DNA of 64,000 bases from NCBI RefSeq assembly GCF_009914755.1, contig NC_060940.1. One strand, 5' to 3'. Positions 1 to 23,264 of this stretch are shown piece by piece. The notes under the pieces are model-generated. The model was not told the DNA's origin. It did not search any database and was given only the letters and a program-made list of their open reading frames with translations. Made by a program: the position numbers and the translations under genes. Position 1 is the first letter of the stretch; each line of letters opens with the position of its first letter. The DNA comes from the human T2T-CHM13v2.0 reference genome, Homo sapiens.

Positions 1-315
1 GGTAGGGCCAGGTGGCTAGATGGAAGGGCTGGATGACCATAGGAAGCCTCCCCCAGAACCAGCCTTCCTATCTCAACTGCACTGTGTGCTCTAATGCTTG
101 GTTAACCAACTGTACCCATGTGTCCCTGTCATGCGAGTGACCATTTAGCATCACTGCACTTCACAGAGGAGAAAACTATGTCCCACAGTGAGGTGACTCA
201 GCGCAGTCACATGGCTGGTTACTGGTAGAGCTGGGATCCCATTACCAGCTCCCTGACTCCCTGAGCCCATGCATAGTCTGAAGCTTCATTGAGCTCTCAG
301 GTGGTTCACACCTAC

Positions 316-5690
<5,375 letters not shown>

Positions 5691-5699
5691 ATTCTCACA

Positions 5700-7200
5700 T
5701 TTTATTTATTCTTTCTATTATTGATGTACACTTGGGTTGGTTCCAGTTTTAAGAAACACCACATGATACTGCTGTGAACATTCTTCTGCATGGTGAACAG
5801 ATGCAGGAATTTATATTGGATATATACCTAAAAGTTGAATTGTTGGATTATAAAGTTTATGTATATGTACATTTGTCTTTAGGAGAGACTACCAAATTGT
5901 TTTTGAAAGTGTTCATAAAAGTTTACACACATAGAAGCATATGATAGTTACAGTCACTCTACATCTTTATCAACATTTGATGTTGTCTTTTTTTAAAGTC
6001 ATTGCATAAAAATAATACATTGTTATTTTAATTTGCATTTTCCTGATGACTAAGAATGTGCAGCACCTTTTAATTTACTTGTTAGACATTTGGTTATTTT
6101 TTATGAAATGCTTAGAGAAATCTCTTAACCATTTTTTCCAGTGTATTCTCTTTTTTTCTTATTAGTTTATGGGAGTTAGTGACATATCTTAGATTAAGGC
6201 TTTTGTCACTTTAATCTAGAGCAAATATTTTCCCACAGTATTATCACATTTTTACTTTCTTAAAGATATCCTTTGATGAAGACAAGTTTTTAATTTTAAT
6301 AAAGTCCAATTTATAAATTTTTGCTTTTATGTTTAGTGTTTGTTGCATCCTAAGAAATCTTTACCTGTTCCCAAACTATAAAAATGTTCCCTTGTTATCT
6401 ACTAGAATTATATATTTAAACTTTCACATTTGAATTTAAAATTTGCTTGGAATTCATTTTTATTTACAGTGTGAGGCAGAAATCAAGATTTGTTTCTTTC
6501 TCATGTAAACAGCCAGTTGACCCTGGAGGGCATTTACTGAGAGGACTATTTTCCTCATTGCCCAACTGGGTCTCTTTCACTATACACAAGACATCTGAGT
6601 TTGTGGGTCTGAGTTGGACTTTGTATTTTTTTCTTTATCCTTGTGTCTATTACTGCACTAACGTGACCTTGGTTACTGTATCTTTAACCTAAGTCCTAAT
6701 ATCTGACAGCGTAAATCCTCCAAATTTGTTCTTCTTCACAATTGTCTTGACTGTTCTTGGCCCATACCTTGATGTAAATTTTCTAATTTGCTTATTAGTT
6801 TGCACAACATATCTGGTGAGATACTTCACTGTGGTTATATAGACCTGTAGATCAATTTGGAGAGAAGCGATGTCTTAATAACACATAGCAAACAAAACAA
6901 AGCAAAGCAAGCAAAACACCAAAAAAAAAAAAACAGTTGAAACTAAAACTAAACACCATAATAAAACAAGAAGTAGTAAACTGGGGAGAAACACTTTCAA
7001 TGCATATCACAAAGGGACTCACATCCCCACTACATAAACAACACCTAGAAATTGATAAGAAGAGAAACAACTACAAAGCAGAAAATTTCACAAGATAACC
7101 CACAGTTCACAGAAAAAGAAATATCAATACATTTAAATATAAGAGAATATGCTCAGGCTCAGTCATAATATGACAAAATTGTCCAATTCAAAGTTAAACT
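5700..7200. mobile_element. Old L1 (L1M/L1ME) fragments, mostly minus strand, with a plus-strand piece from ~6920
   Basis: Typical antisense L1 ORF2/3' motifs (ttaatttgcattttcctgatgactaa; ctgtagatcaatttggagagaa). Confidence 0.65.
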
Positions 7201-9619
7201 ACTAACCCTAAAGCTGTGGAGAAATAGAAAAGTGTTTTCTCTTTCTCAGACCCACCAGACCTAGCACCCTGTGGCTCTACCTGAATACACTGGTTGTGCC
7301 CATGGGCCCCAGAGGACATAAAGCACAAAGAGCAGGCAGAGGCTGTGGGTGGAGGATCAGATGCAACTGGCTTCAGAGCAGTGTTGTTGGTGCATTTTGC
7401 ATGCCCACTTAACCTTGACAGGAGACTTGGCTTTTCTATGCTCCATGCCCCCAGCATGGGTCATGTCAGGAGGCCTGTGCACCCATGTATGAGTGACTCT
7501 GGCCCGTGCCAACAGCCTATCTGGTGTTGATGGAGCCTGACACCATGTCCTCACTGAGCACACACTTATTCTACTCCTCATTGTATAATTGGAAAACTGA
7601 GGTCCAGAAAGAGGAAGGGACTGGCTCAGACCAAAGAAGGTGGGCAGAGTCCAGGGTATTAGGGAGAGCTCTGGCTTCCTAGGCCTTGGTTCCACCAAAT
7701 CCATCAGGATTGCTGTAAAAACAAAGTCCTCTAAGATCCAGGGGATACCTGACAACTCCCTCTTCACCTGGGATTATTTCCCTTTCCACTTCCCCAGGTA
7801 AGACAGACACACACACACATGCACAGTGACTTCCTAGGTGGGAGCCATAGAGGTAGGATTTTTTAAAAAGTAGACACCACGGAAGTGACAAAAGGAAGAG
7901 AAGAAAGAGGTTGAAGGAGATCTGCCATGGGGCAGTGGCCTCCACTCTTTTAGCCACATACCCAGGGGCCCAGGGCATGAACAGGAGGATCTGCAAGGAT
8001 CCAAGGGTTCTGTCTGGGTTGAGGCTATACCCAGCACACCCTTGGGAAGTTTGGGCTGGGCTCTTGCAGCCCATTTCTGTGGGTACCTGGAACTAGGATG
8101 AACTTGCCTGCACCAGTGTAGACAAGAGCTACAGCAGAGAAAGCCTTCATCTCCTCCTATATAAACTGAGGTATTTAAGTGGGTGGCCCCAAGAGTTTCA
8201 CATAGTCAAAAGTTTCTGCTGGACTTGGTTTCCCCATTGGTGACCCACTGTGCTTTGAAACTCTGGGAAAATGCTTTCTGCTCCCTAGAGGTCCTTCAGA
8301 ACAGAGAGAGATGTAAAGGATTTTGTAGATGATGGCTTGGAATAGAGAATGTTTTAGAGCACTGGGCGCTGAATCTAGGATTCAGGAGCAGGACTAGGAT
8401 GTGTTGGATCCTTGAGGTCTTCATTGGGAGGTGGCAAGAAATCACTGCCCTGGATTAGGTGAGGATGTGTCATGAGGGAACTGGATGCCTCAAGGGGAAA
8501 AGGGAAGACTTTGAAGTCCCTCTTACTGACCCTGGAGGCTACAGATCCTACTCCAAGGTCCGCTGGGACCCTGGAGAGCTATTACCTTGAGGACCACTGA
8601 ATGCAGATGCCTGTTTTGTTCTGTGATGCTTCTGCTTGGGGCTGCAATGCTAGTGCGGGCCACCAGGCGGCAGCACCCTCTTGTGTCCCTGGTACCCAGT
8701 GAGGTTTGCTGGAGCAGCTGGAGCCAGGGGAGATTCCTGCAGAAGTCATTTTGGCCATTTACTGCCTAAGACTCAACTTAAACCCCCTGTCTTCAATTAT
8801 CTTCACATTGTAAGGTGTTCAGAAGCATAAAGGAGGTTCAAGATCCCATTTCTGTTCTCAGCAACTCTGCCTTCAGCAACTCTGCCTTCAGCATTCACTC
8901 TGTGCTAGGTGCCCTGGTGGGCCAAGCATGTGGTGCTAAAAATGACCAAGTGGTCTCTGACCCCCAGAGACTCACAGTGTGATGACAGCTGGAGAAAAAA
9001 ACTAAAGCAAGTACATATAACAAAAGAGCAAGTGATATAATAAAAACAAAGTAGGATGTTGTGAGGGAGAGCTGGGTATGTGTGTTGTGAACAGAATGAA
9101 AAGAAAAAACTTGTCCTGCACAGGCCTGGAAGCCGTGTGGCAGGGAGAAGTCACCCCTGATGCATTAAGACTTTTGTTTTAATGTTATTTTATTAAAATT
9201 ATTTTATCATAACCAGTTTTTTTATTTTCTTAGGATGAATCACTTTCCTTGTAGTTTACAAAAAATTAATAAAAATTTGTATTAATAATTTTTTAACTTT
9301 TAAATAATTTAGTTTTATTATTTTTTATTTTTAAATAATCATTAAGCTCTAAATTAGAAAAAATTATTTTTAATAAAAACTACATCTATATGTCATTCTA
9401 ACAAGCTTTTATTTTACTGAAAACACATCTTAATTTCTAATACCCCTTGTATGTAGATTTTTTATATCCAATAATTTTAATTACACATATTAACTATTAT
9501 TTTAATGCTTAGCAATGCTAATTTTTAGTGAGAAACCTAAGGTTACTTAATTTAACATAACAAGATTTTAAGATTTTAAATCACTAAAAAAATTAAAATT
9601 ATGACACAGGTACTTCCTC

Positions 9620-11130
9620 TAATTATTTTTTAGAGGGGTGTTTCAAGCACCTATGTTATATATTGAAACCTACAGTTTCTGTAAGCCCTATCCTTAAGTC
9701 AAAACAACCTTGATGTTATTGTGAACAAGTACTTAGCATAAATCCTACCCTTAGGCAAATTTATATAGTGATTTCAATTGTCCTACACATTCCTTTTTCT
9801 GTGATAAGTGTCTGGGTTTGGGGAGTAACATCGTGGGGATCCACCAACTTCAGCCACCTGAAACAGAGCTTCTATTCATAAGTCCCTCTTAAATGTTTTT
9901 TTCTGAGAAACTTGATTTGTCAGCCTCTTTCTTCAACCTCTCAATACCCTTGACCTTTAGAGGTAGGTTTACATGTACCTACTCTTGAAAAAACAAGGAT
10001 ATATATATGGCTTATCAATTTCTAGAAAATTGTTATGTGGCTCACGACTGTAATGTGTAGCACAAAGTACATTTTTTACAAGAACAGTATATTTTATATA
10101 GCTACTTTCTATTACACTTTACTAAAATACATGTTCAGTAAGTGCTGACTTAATGTCATTGATAGGTTCTTGGAAACTCACTTTAAGTGAAACAAAATAC
10201 TATATACCATAGAAAAGTACTTCTTGTTTATATCAATTAGCCAGTGGTAAAATTGGTTTCATTATATAGTACATTGTTTTACTTAAAGTCACAGTTTCCA
10301 AAAATCTATCAACAAACTGACAACATACTCTAATTAGTATTATAGTGTATAGTACATTATAGAATTAGACTGTTGTAGTATGTTATTGTAGTCTTAGCAA
10401 TTGGTGGTATAATGTGTTTCGGTTTCCCCCAAGATCACAAAATTATTCAGACCAACAAATAACCTCCTTTGGGAACCAGGAGCATCTCACTCTCTTGATA
10501 CTACAAAGCCTTCCCCTGGTGCCTCCTGTTTGTTGTCTCTACTCCCAAGTGCAATCCCTGTGTGGATCTGTACACCTTACACACTTTCCTCCTTCCATGA
10601 TTATATGTAATGAATATCTGCTGTCAATCTCTTTAATCCAATGATTGGTGCCATGGCTTTAACTGTTCCAGTAGCCCTAGGGTGGTAATTTCTCCCTCAC
10701 CAATGAGGTAAAGGGGAGGCTAATCAAACAATTCACAACACAAACTGGATTAATCACTCATGACTGAGGACACCTGCTCAACATTAACTGCTTTTGGCCT
10801 ACTGGTTTCATGATACATTAAAAGTCACCTCTGTCAGAACCACCAGCTGGTGATGGGCTTTTGCTTTTGTCTAAATAGCAGTTTGTGGCTATTATCATGA
10901 GTTGCCTTCCCTACCTGCACTAAAGCACACTAATCACCTACACATAAATGGTCAATTGACTCTGCTCCAGCATAATGTGTCATCAGGTTTAGCCTGTGTT
11001 TGGCAGGCAGTTTGAAAGACATTTGCCTGTCAAGGCAGTGAAAATACAGCACCTTGATCAGTCAGCACTTAAGTCCTGATTACCTGATAATAGTCAGGCT
11101 ATATCCCTGTGGTCACTTCATCTGGTCTGA
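9620..11130. mobile_element. Mosaic of old LTR/ERV fragments (MER31-like LTR piece at ~9620-9995; a further LTR/internal piece at ~10410-11130)
   Basis: MER31-like 3' LTR motif (ttctgagaaacttgatttgtcagcctctttcttc); PBS-like tggtgcc after a second LTR-like segment at ~10646. Confidence 0.4.
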
Positions 11131-11149
11131 TTATCATTACAAACAAAAA

Positions 11150-13303
11150 AAAAAATCAGTAAGGTTCTGGATCTCCTAGTTGTATAAAGAATATAGATGA
11201 TTATGATACTCATGAATATTCTATAAAATACTTGGGTCTTATCAGAGTTCATTATACAGGTAAAACTTTGCCTCCTATGGGCACACTATCCAGCAATTAG
11301 GATTATCACTCTCACACATGCACAAAGCCCACTGGTGAGGTTCTGAATCTCACATGTGCAAACAGTCCACGGTTGGAATTGGGACTGTTCTATGTGGATC
11401 TGGCAACAGTTTGGAAGGTGACTCATTTCTGGACCCAACTCATAGTCATGTGAATGTCTCTCATGCCTGGTCCCAGGTAGTAGAAGAGACGTTGATTCTT
11501 GTATCTAGGCTTACTGCAACAGATAAGATCCTGGGCTTTCCACTTTTACAGATGTCTCAGAGAATTACAACACTCATGCATATTGAATAATACCCTAAGG
11601 TGGTACAGAGAGTGTGAAAAGAGTGCCCAGCTCAAAATTTTGATTGTGACTCTTATATGCACACACAGCCCACAGTTAGGATTAAATGTGAAGAGAACCC
11701 ACTCAGGAGGTCCTGGATCTCACTTACAGAAATAGTTTACAGTTAGAATTGTGACTATCATATCTGGATCCATCCACAAATGGGATGGTGGCTCATTTCT
11801 GAACCCAACTCACAGGGATACTGATGACTCTCATACCTGGACTCAGCAAATAGGACAGGTGTTGACTCTTATGCCTGAACTTAGGGCAACATGTAGGATC
11901 ATGGGTTTATACCATCATGAAGGTCCCAGAGAAGGTTTCATTGTCATGCAGACATTATAGAGCCCTTAAGTGGCACAGGGGTTGTCTTATAAAGACCCAG
12001 CACATTGGTGATATTGTGACTCTTCTATGCACACACAACATACAGTGAGGAATGTCATCTTCCCATATGGACATAGTCCATTGTTGAGATTCTGAATATC
12101 ACATCCAGATCAGTTGAAAGTTGACATTGTGACTCTCATATGTGGATCCAGATCACAGGTTGAATGGTGACTTTTATACCAAAACTCAGCACACCTGTGA
12201 GGCAGTGACTGCTCTAATTAGACAGTGTTTGCAGGTGAGGTTGGAGCTTTTATGCATGAATTCTGTTGACTATTGAGATTGTGATTTGTGTACTTTAACA
12301 CAGTTCACAGAAAGTGTTGTCTCTTATACCCTGAGCCAGAAAATGTGTGGGACTGTGAATCTCATCCCTAGACCTTCCTGCAAGTGTGACTTTGACACAT
12401 AATTATTTTCTCATCACCTGATTGACTTTACTCCCTTGCATGAGCCCTGCCAACAGTTGGGATTGTGACATATACCTGACCCAAACACCTAGGGGATGTG
12501 ACTGTCCTGCCTGGGTCCCACCCACATGGGACATTGTAATGTATCTCCTGGCCCATCACCTGGGTGATGAGACTCTACTTTCCTGCCTGTGCCCTGCCTC
12601 CAGTAACAGAAATCTGGGAATATTACCTATGTAGTATGACTCTCCTCTCATGACTGGGTCCTGTTAACAGGGGGAGATGGTGACATATTGCTGGGCCCAG
12701 CACCTAGGTGATGTGACTCTTTTGACTGCATTCTGCCTACGGTGGGCATTGTGACATATCACTGAGCCTAGCATAATGGTGATGTGACTTTCCTGTGTAG
12801 GTCCTGCCCATAGAAGGATATTGACATTTCCCTGCACCAGCGTTCAGGTGATGTGACTTTCCTCCCTGGTTCTGCTCACAGGTGGGATTGTGACATATAC
12901 CTAGGCCCAGGCAACAGTCTGGCCTAGGTATAGGTGATGATGCCTTTCTTACATGGTACCTTTCTTACATGATGTGTTTCCGTGAATATGATAGAAGAAA
13001 CTTTGACTAACAACTAGGATTAGGGCAACAACTAAGGTCCCTGGTCTACTGATTGTAAAAATGTCACAGAAGATTATGACCTTCACATGTATGTTATAAA
13101 GCCCTTGGGGTGTATAGAGAGTTACATAACAGGGGCCAGCAAAAAGTGAGCTTGTAACTCTCATAGACACATGTAGCCAACAATTAGGATTATCACCTTC
13201 ATACATGGACAGGGTCCACTAGTGAGATTCTAAATCACACAAAAATGCAGTTCAGAGTTGAAATTGTGACTGTCATATGTGGGTCTGGCCTCTGGCTGGA
13301 TGA
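11150..13303 (+). repeat. Diverged beta-satellite-related (BSR-like) block
   Basis: Recurrent GTGACTCT/GTGACATAT motifs at ~35-38 bp spacing; core ~70-bp units (acctaggtgatgtgactct...gggattgtgacatat) at ~12400-12945, resembling beta-satellite-like arrays of ZNF clusters and pericentromeres. Confidence 0.7.
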
Positions 13304-13304
13304 T

Positions 13305-15705
13305 ATTTAAACTTTCCCTTGTAACTTTTCTTACAGCAATGTAATTTTGCATTTTGGCCAAGAATAACTTTTTTTTTCCCCAGACAAAGTCATCATTGTG
13401 GAGAAAAGTTGATTTAGATATATGGAATCTGTTTCCTTTTTAACAGATCATGAACAAATTGAGCATTACATATTTATCTTGCCTAAGTTGTTCCCTTTAA
13501 AAAAGGCTAATACAGTGAAAAATGTGAAATTTTCTCTGTAGTACATTTTTATCCAAAATTTATAAATATGCTCAATTTAAAATGATTTTCCAAAACAACT
13601 GGTTTTTGGGCAAGATTCAAGAAGCCCCAGAATGTCTTATCCAAAATAATAAACTAAAGACTGTCAATTAAAAATTAGCGATAGTGTCTAGGTGGAATTT
13701 GTTTTCTTTGTTTTAGAGATGAGGTCTCATTACGTTGCCTAGGCTGGAGTGCAGTAGCTGGTCATAAACACAATCATGGTGCATTACAGCCTGGACTCAA
13801 AGGATCCTCCTGCTTTAGCCTCCTGAGTAGCTGGGATTAAAGGAATATGTCACCACACCTGGCTATGTTTTTAAAAACCACTTTTACACTATTGCAAATT
13901 TTTGGACATTGGGAAACAAATGTATTTTGACTCTCTAAAAAAAGTACTTGGTGGCATATTAAAGAATGAGTCATTGAGTTTACAAAACACAAGAAGCAGG
14001 GTACAGTTATTCCAAAACAACATTGTGCCTGTGCTTTTGTTTGAAGAGAAGTAAAATGTTTCCACTCAAGTTTTAAGTGACAGAATAGCTAATTACTGTT
14101 AAAATGCCACCAAAATTAGTAAAGAAACAATTTTAGTTACCTATTACAAGAACTATGTTATAACTTTCTTTTTTAAGGGTCTTATAGTTCCTCACTATTA
14201 TCACAAACCACCGTGTTAGATTTCAAAGTACCTAATTTTAACCCAATCCTAATTAAAAACTGCTCACATTCACAAGCAAGAAATACTATTGCACATTACA
14301 CTCATATTGGAGGAATGTGTGCTTCCCCCCATACCCCCAAACTGACAATGCATCTATCAATTACATTCCATTATCTGAATTTAAAATACTGAAAAGTGCT
14401 TATGCTCTTCCACTGAACAAGTACATTAATATACTTGTAGTCTCAAAATACTTCATGATCTCTGAAGTGATTCTCTATGGAGGGAGCTTCCTTTGTGAAA
14501 TGAACTCAGCTAGTCACCTGCAAAACAATATCCCTAAGTATCGAAACAAATTTATTTTGCTCTTTTCCAAATCAAGATCCCATTGGATCATGTACTTAGT
14601 ACAGTGTTACATGGGTTTGAACAATAATCCCCGTTTGTGCAAATTCTTTCAAGACTTATGGTGAAGTAACCCAAGTATTGCTTCCTCCGGAATGACCACC
14701 ATTTAGCCAATACATTGTTCTTACGCTTTTAATGAAAGCATCCATGTTCTTGTCTTTCTTGGCTTCTTTCAATTAAAAAAGAAATTGATTCAAAACGACA
14801 CAACCTTTACTGAATCCCGTAAAGTAAAAGATGCATCATTTAGTGATGGTGGATAAAAACTCATGGCTGACTCATCAGATTTTTTACAGGTCCTCTCTTT
14901 TTCTCCCTGGAAACGATTTGTAGTATGAAAAGAACCGCACTACAATTAGATGCTGTGGAGTCCTTTTTCCAATCATTCAAATTTTTCTTTGATTAAACTA
15001 TTATGACTTAAAAGCCTTAACTAATAACATATAAAACTGCTTAAAAGCTCCAGAGTCAGTATTGTGTTCTGGGGAACCAAACACGTTACTTTTCACAAAA
15101 CTATTATGGCAGCTGAATTTGTGCAGATGCATTCAGGAGCACTTTTATCACCCAAATATAGCTATTGGGGAACCGGTGGGCTAAAATAGTGGCAACATTT
15201 TCTAGACTCCAATTTTCCCATTGGTAATTTGCAGGATGACGAGTCATAATTTCACGGTAATCCTGCACATTCCCGGAGAAAGAGAGGACGTGGCGGCTGC
15301 GACTCTTCCTTCACCCACTCCCCGGAGATGTCCCGCCGCTCCAGTCCCGCCTTGGTCGCCGCCAGCAGGAGCAACTCCGTGCTACGCGGCCCATCGGCTC
15401 CGGGGATGGCGAACAGCCACAGGCTCTGAGGCGGCGCCTGGCGACGGATTGGGAGCATCGTGCACCGCCGCTGCTGCTGGTTTCATGGTTCTGTCCTGAG
15501 AGCAGGACAAGGCATCTCCAATTCCAACGTGAGGCAGCAGGAGCAGCAGCCGCCGCGACCGCAAAGACCCGAGCTGTTTGGAGGTGGAGGGTAGGGAGTC
15601 CTGAGGTTGGGACTGCTGCAGGACGCCCAACTGTCGGGGCCACGGCCAGGCCAGAAGCCAGTGCGGGGCAACCACTTCAGAGGCCGATGTCAGCGCGCAG
15701 CGCTG
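13305..15705 (-). pseudogene. C2orf69P: C2orf69 processed pseudogene (CDS homology ~15582-14443; CpG-rich 5' end; AT-rich 3' UTR-like tail with an Alu monomer at ~13705-13863)
   Basis: Translates to LRSRRLLLLLPHVGIGDALSCSQDRTM, IPGADGPRSTELLLLAA, YQWENWSLENVATILAHRFPNSYIWVIK and ends HEVF-stop (TGA at 14445-14443), matching C2orf69. No introns, ATG lost, frameshifts. The 3' UTR extent is inferred. Confidence 0.9.
15270..15705. promoter_or_regulatory. CpG-island-like segment derived from the C2orf69 5' end
   Basis: Dense CpGs (gcggcgcc, cgccgcgacc, cagcgcgcagcgc) in a CpG-poor background. Confidence 0.55.
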
Positions 15706-17320
<1,615 letters not shown>

Positions 17321-18059
17321 TTAAGTATTTCTTATCTTTTTTGACACCTTACACTCTAAACTTGTATAGGATTCATGTCTTGTTTCCAATTTCTGAAGCT
17401 TATGAGTCACCGATTCCTTGAATATTGCCTTCCTGTTTATATAGTATAGTAAAACCATTAATTGTTTTTCATTTCTTCTCATCTAATCTTCATATATAAA
17501 TAATTTGTATTTTGTATTAATTTGCCTTCTAAAAAGTACAAAACCACATTAATTGTGCTCAGCATTTCAGTTTACTAGTTCTCTCATCAGCTCAGTCTAT
17601 TTTAATGTGTAATTTGTATGCTATCCATTAAACTTTTTTTTACTACAGTTTCAATACTTTACTTTCCATTTGCCTCTTTTCTAAATATGACTTGACAAGC
17701 TCATAAGTTTTTTCCACATTATTTTGGTTTCTTGTTTTTTTCATTATATTGGCAAGCACTTAAATATAAACATCATATCTGAGTTTTATGTGCCATATAT
17801 ATTATCTAATGCTTCATACTAGTAGCTTATCTCCTTTGTGCAACATAATTTATAATTTAGTTCTCACACATGAAAGACAGCACACTCCAGATGACAGCAG
17901 GCAATTTATCTATGTTTATTCCATTTGCCTTGTCAGAAGCTGAACAACCCACATAGATTTGACATCCTTGTGATCAAATGCATCTGAATGGAGCAATGGC
18001 CTCTTAGGTTAATGCTTCTCTGTATCATTACCTTTATCTACTTCTGATCCTAAGAAGTT

Positions 18060-20704
<2,645 letters not shown>

Positions 20705-22386
20705 TGTGAGGAGGGACTATGCTGGGGCCATACCAGACGCCTAAGGAGACAGAGGGCACAAGAGTACAGGCAGGAAAAGCAGCCTCCTCCTGGGTGGCTG
20801 GTGTGGGCCCTGCCAGGACACCCTAAAATGCATTTCCTGGAGCCAAACAGGGCTGTGGGCAACAAGTAAAGGGATGGCTGATGGCCCTGCTCAATCTGCA
20901 CAGCCTGGAACCTGGAAAACTCCTGGGAACTATTACACCTTCCCCAGCTACAGGAACAGTGGGAGGAGCCTCGGAGAAGTCAAGGGGCCAGAATCGCTCT
21001 GGCCATTCCTAGGTTGAGTCAGAAACAGTGGCCAAGAGAGTTTTAAATAAACTTTACATGTGGCTAGACATGACCTGTCGATTACTCTTATTTTTTTCCA
21101 CACTTATTGAGCTATGATGTACACATTAAAAAGTGTATATATTTAGGGTGTACAATAGAGAGCTTTGAGATGTGCATACATCTCTAAATTATCTCAATTA
21201 AGCTAGTTAACATATCTATCCCCTCACATAGCTACTTTATGCATTTCTGTGTGTGTGGTGAGAGTACCTCAGATCTACTTTTGTAACAAATTTCAAGTAC
21301 AAATTATTATTAACTATAGTCACCATTCTGCACATTAGGTCCCCAGCAGTTTTTCATTATATAACTGACAGTATGCACCCTTCAATGGATAGAGCCTCAC
21401 TTTTCCCCACTTCATAGCTCATGGTAACTACCATTCTACTCTCTGTTTCTTTCTTTTCTTTTCCTTTCTTTTCTTTTTTCTTTTCTTTCTTTTCTCTTTC
21501 TTCTTTCTTTCTTTTTCTTTCAGATTCCACATACAAACGAGATCATGCAGTATTTGTCTTTCTGCATTTTGCTTATTTCACCTAGCATAATGTCTTCAAG
21601 GTTTATTAATATTCTTGTAAATGAAAGAATTGCATTCTTTACTAAAGCTGAAATTCTGTCTCACACACAGTTTATTCATTTATTTGTATCAAAGGAGTGC
21701 AGATACCCTTGGTGATACTGATTCTATGTTCTTTGGCTATATACTCAGAATTGGGATTAATGGTACTTCTAGTTTAAAAATTTTAAGGAACCTCTAAAAT
21801 TTTTTTTATATATAATGGCTGCACCAGTGGACAAGCTCAGCAACGGTGTACAAATATTCTTCCTCTGCATTCTAACACTTTTTATCTTTTGACTTTTTGA
21901 TAACAGCTATCCTAACACCAGGATAAGGTGATATTGCATTGTGATTTTGATTTTAATTACTCTGATAATTAGTGATGTTGAGCATGTTTTTATACACCTG
22001 CTAGCCATTTGTATGTCTTTGGAAAATGGCTATTTAGATGTGTTGCCCAGTTAATCAGGGAATTGGTTTTTGTTTTTTTCTGCTGTGCATTTTTTCACAT
22101 ATTGATTAGTATTACATATATTATGGATAGTAACATATTATCCTACATATGGTTTACAAATATTTTCTCCCATCCCATATATTGCCTTTATATTTTGTTG
22201 ATTGTTTACTTTATTGCACAGAAACTTTTTACTTTGATATAGTTCCACTTTTTTATTTTTGCTTTTGTTGCTTGTGTTCTTTGTGTAGGATTCAAAACAT
22301 CATTGCCACAACTAGTGTCAAGAGCTTTTTCCCTATTATTTTTTAGAGGATTCATGATTTCAATTCTTATGTTTAAGTCTTATTTT

Positions 22387-23168
22387 ATTTTATTGTATTT
22401 TATTTTACGTTCAGTTCTGGAATATGTGTCCAGAACATGCAGGTTTGTTACATAGATATATATGTGCCATGGTGGTTTGCTGCACCTATAAACGCATTAT
22501 CTGGGTTTTAGGCCCTGCATGCCTTAGGTAATTGTCATAATGCTCTGCTTCCCCTTGCCCCCCACCCCCTGACAGGCCTCAGTGTGTGATGTTCTTCTCC
22601 CTGTGTCCATGTGTTCTTATTGTTCAGCTCCCACTTATGAGTGAAAACATGTGGTGTTTGGTTTTTTGTTCTTGTGTTAGTTCACTGAGAATGATGACTT
22701 CCAGCTTCATCCATGTCTCTGCAAAGGTCATAAACTCATTCTTTTTTATGGCTGCATGGTATTCCATAGTGAATATGTCCCACATTTTCTTTATCCATTC
22801 TATCATTAATGGGCATTAGGGTTGGTTCCAAGTTTTTGCTATTGTAAATAGTGCTGCAATAAATATATGTGTGCATGTGTATTTATAGTAGAATGATTTA
22901 TAGTCCTTTGGGTATATACCCAGTAATGGGGTTGCAGGGTCAAATGGTATTTCTGGTTCTAGATTCTTCAGCAATCGCCACACTGTCTTCCTCAATGGTT
23001 GAACTACTTTACACTCCCACCAACAGTGTAAAAGTGTTCTTATTTCTCCACAGCCTCACCAGCATCCATTGTTTCCTGACTTTTTAATGATCACCATTTT
23101 AACTGGCATGATATACTATCTCATTGTGGTTTTGATTTGCACTTCTCTAATGACCAACAATGATGAGC
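22387..23168 (-). mobile_element. L1PA (PA7/8-like) 3' end with A-rich tail
   Basis: ORF 22624-22806 (EWIKKMWDIFTMEYHAAIKKNEF) is the ORF2 C-terminus; L1PA 3' UTR; T-rich tail at 22387-22408. Confidence 0.9.
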
Positions 23169-23264
23169 TAAAAAGAGCATGTTTAAATAAGTAATTTTTA
23201 CATAATTCCTTTTCCTCCTTGGAATTATATTTGAATTCCATTTCCCCAACAGACTTGTATTCTG

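Noticed and set aside
7660-8770. GC-richer unique sequence with splice-like sites (ccag|gtaag at ~7797)
   Set aside because: No recognisable homology or consistent reading frame; cannot support an exon call.
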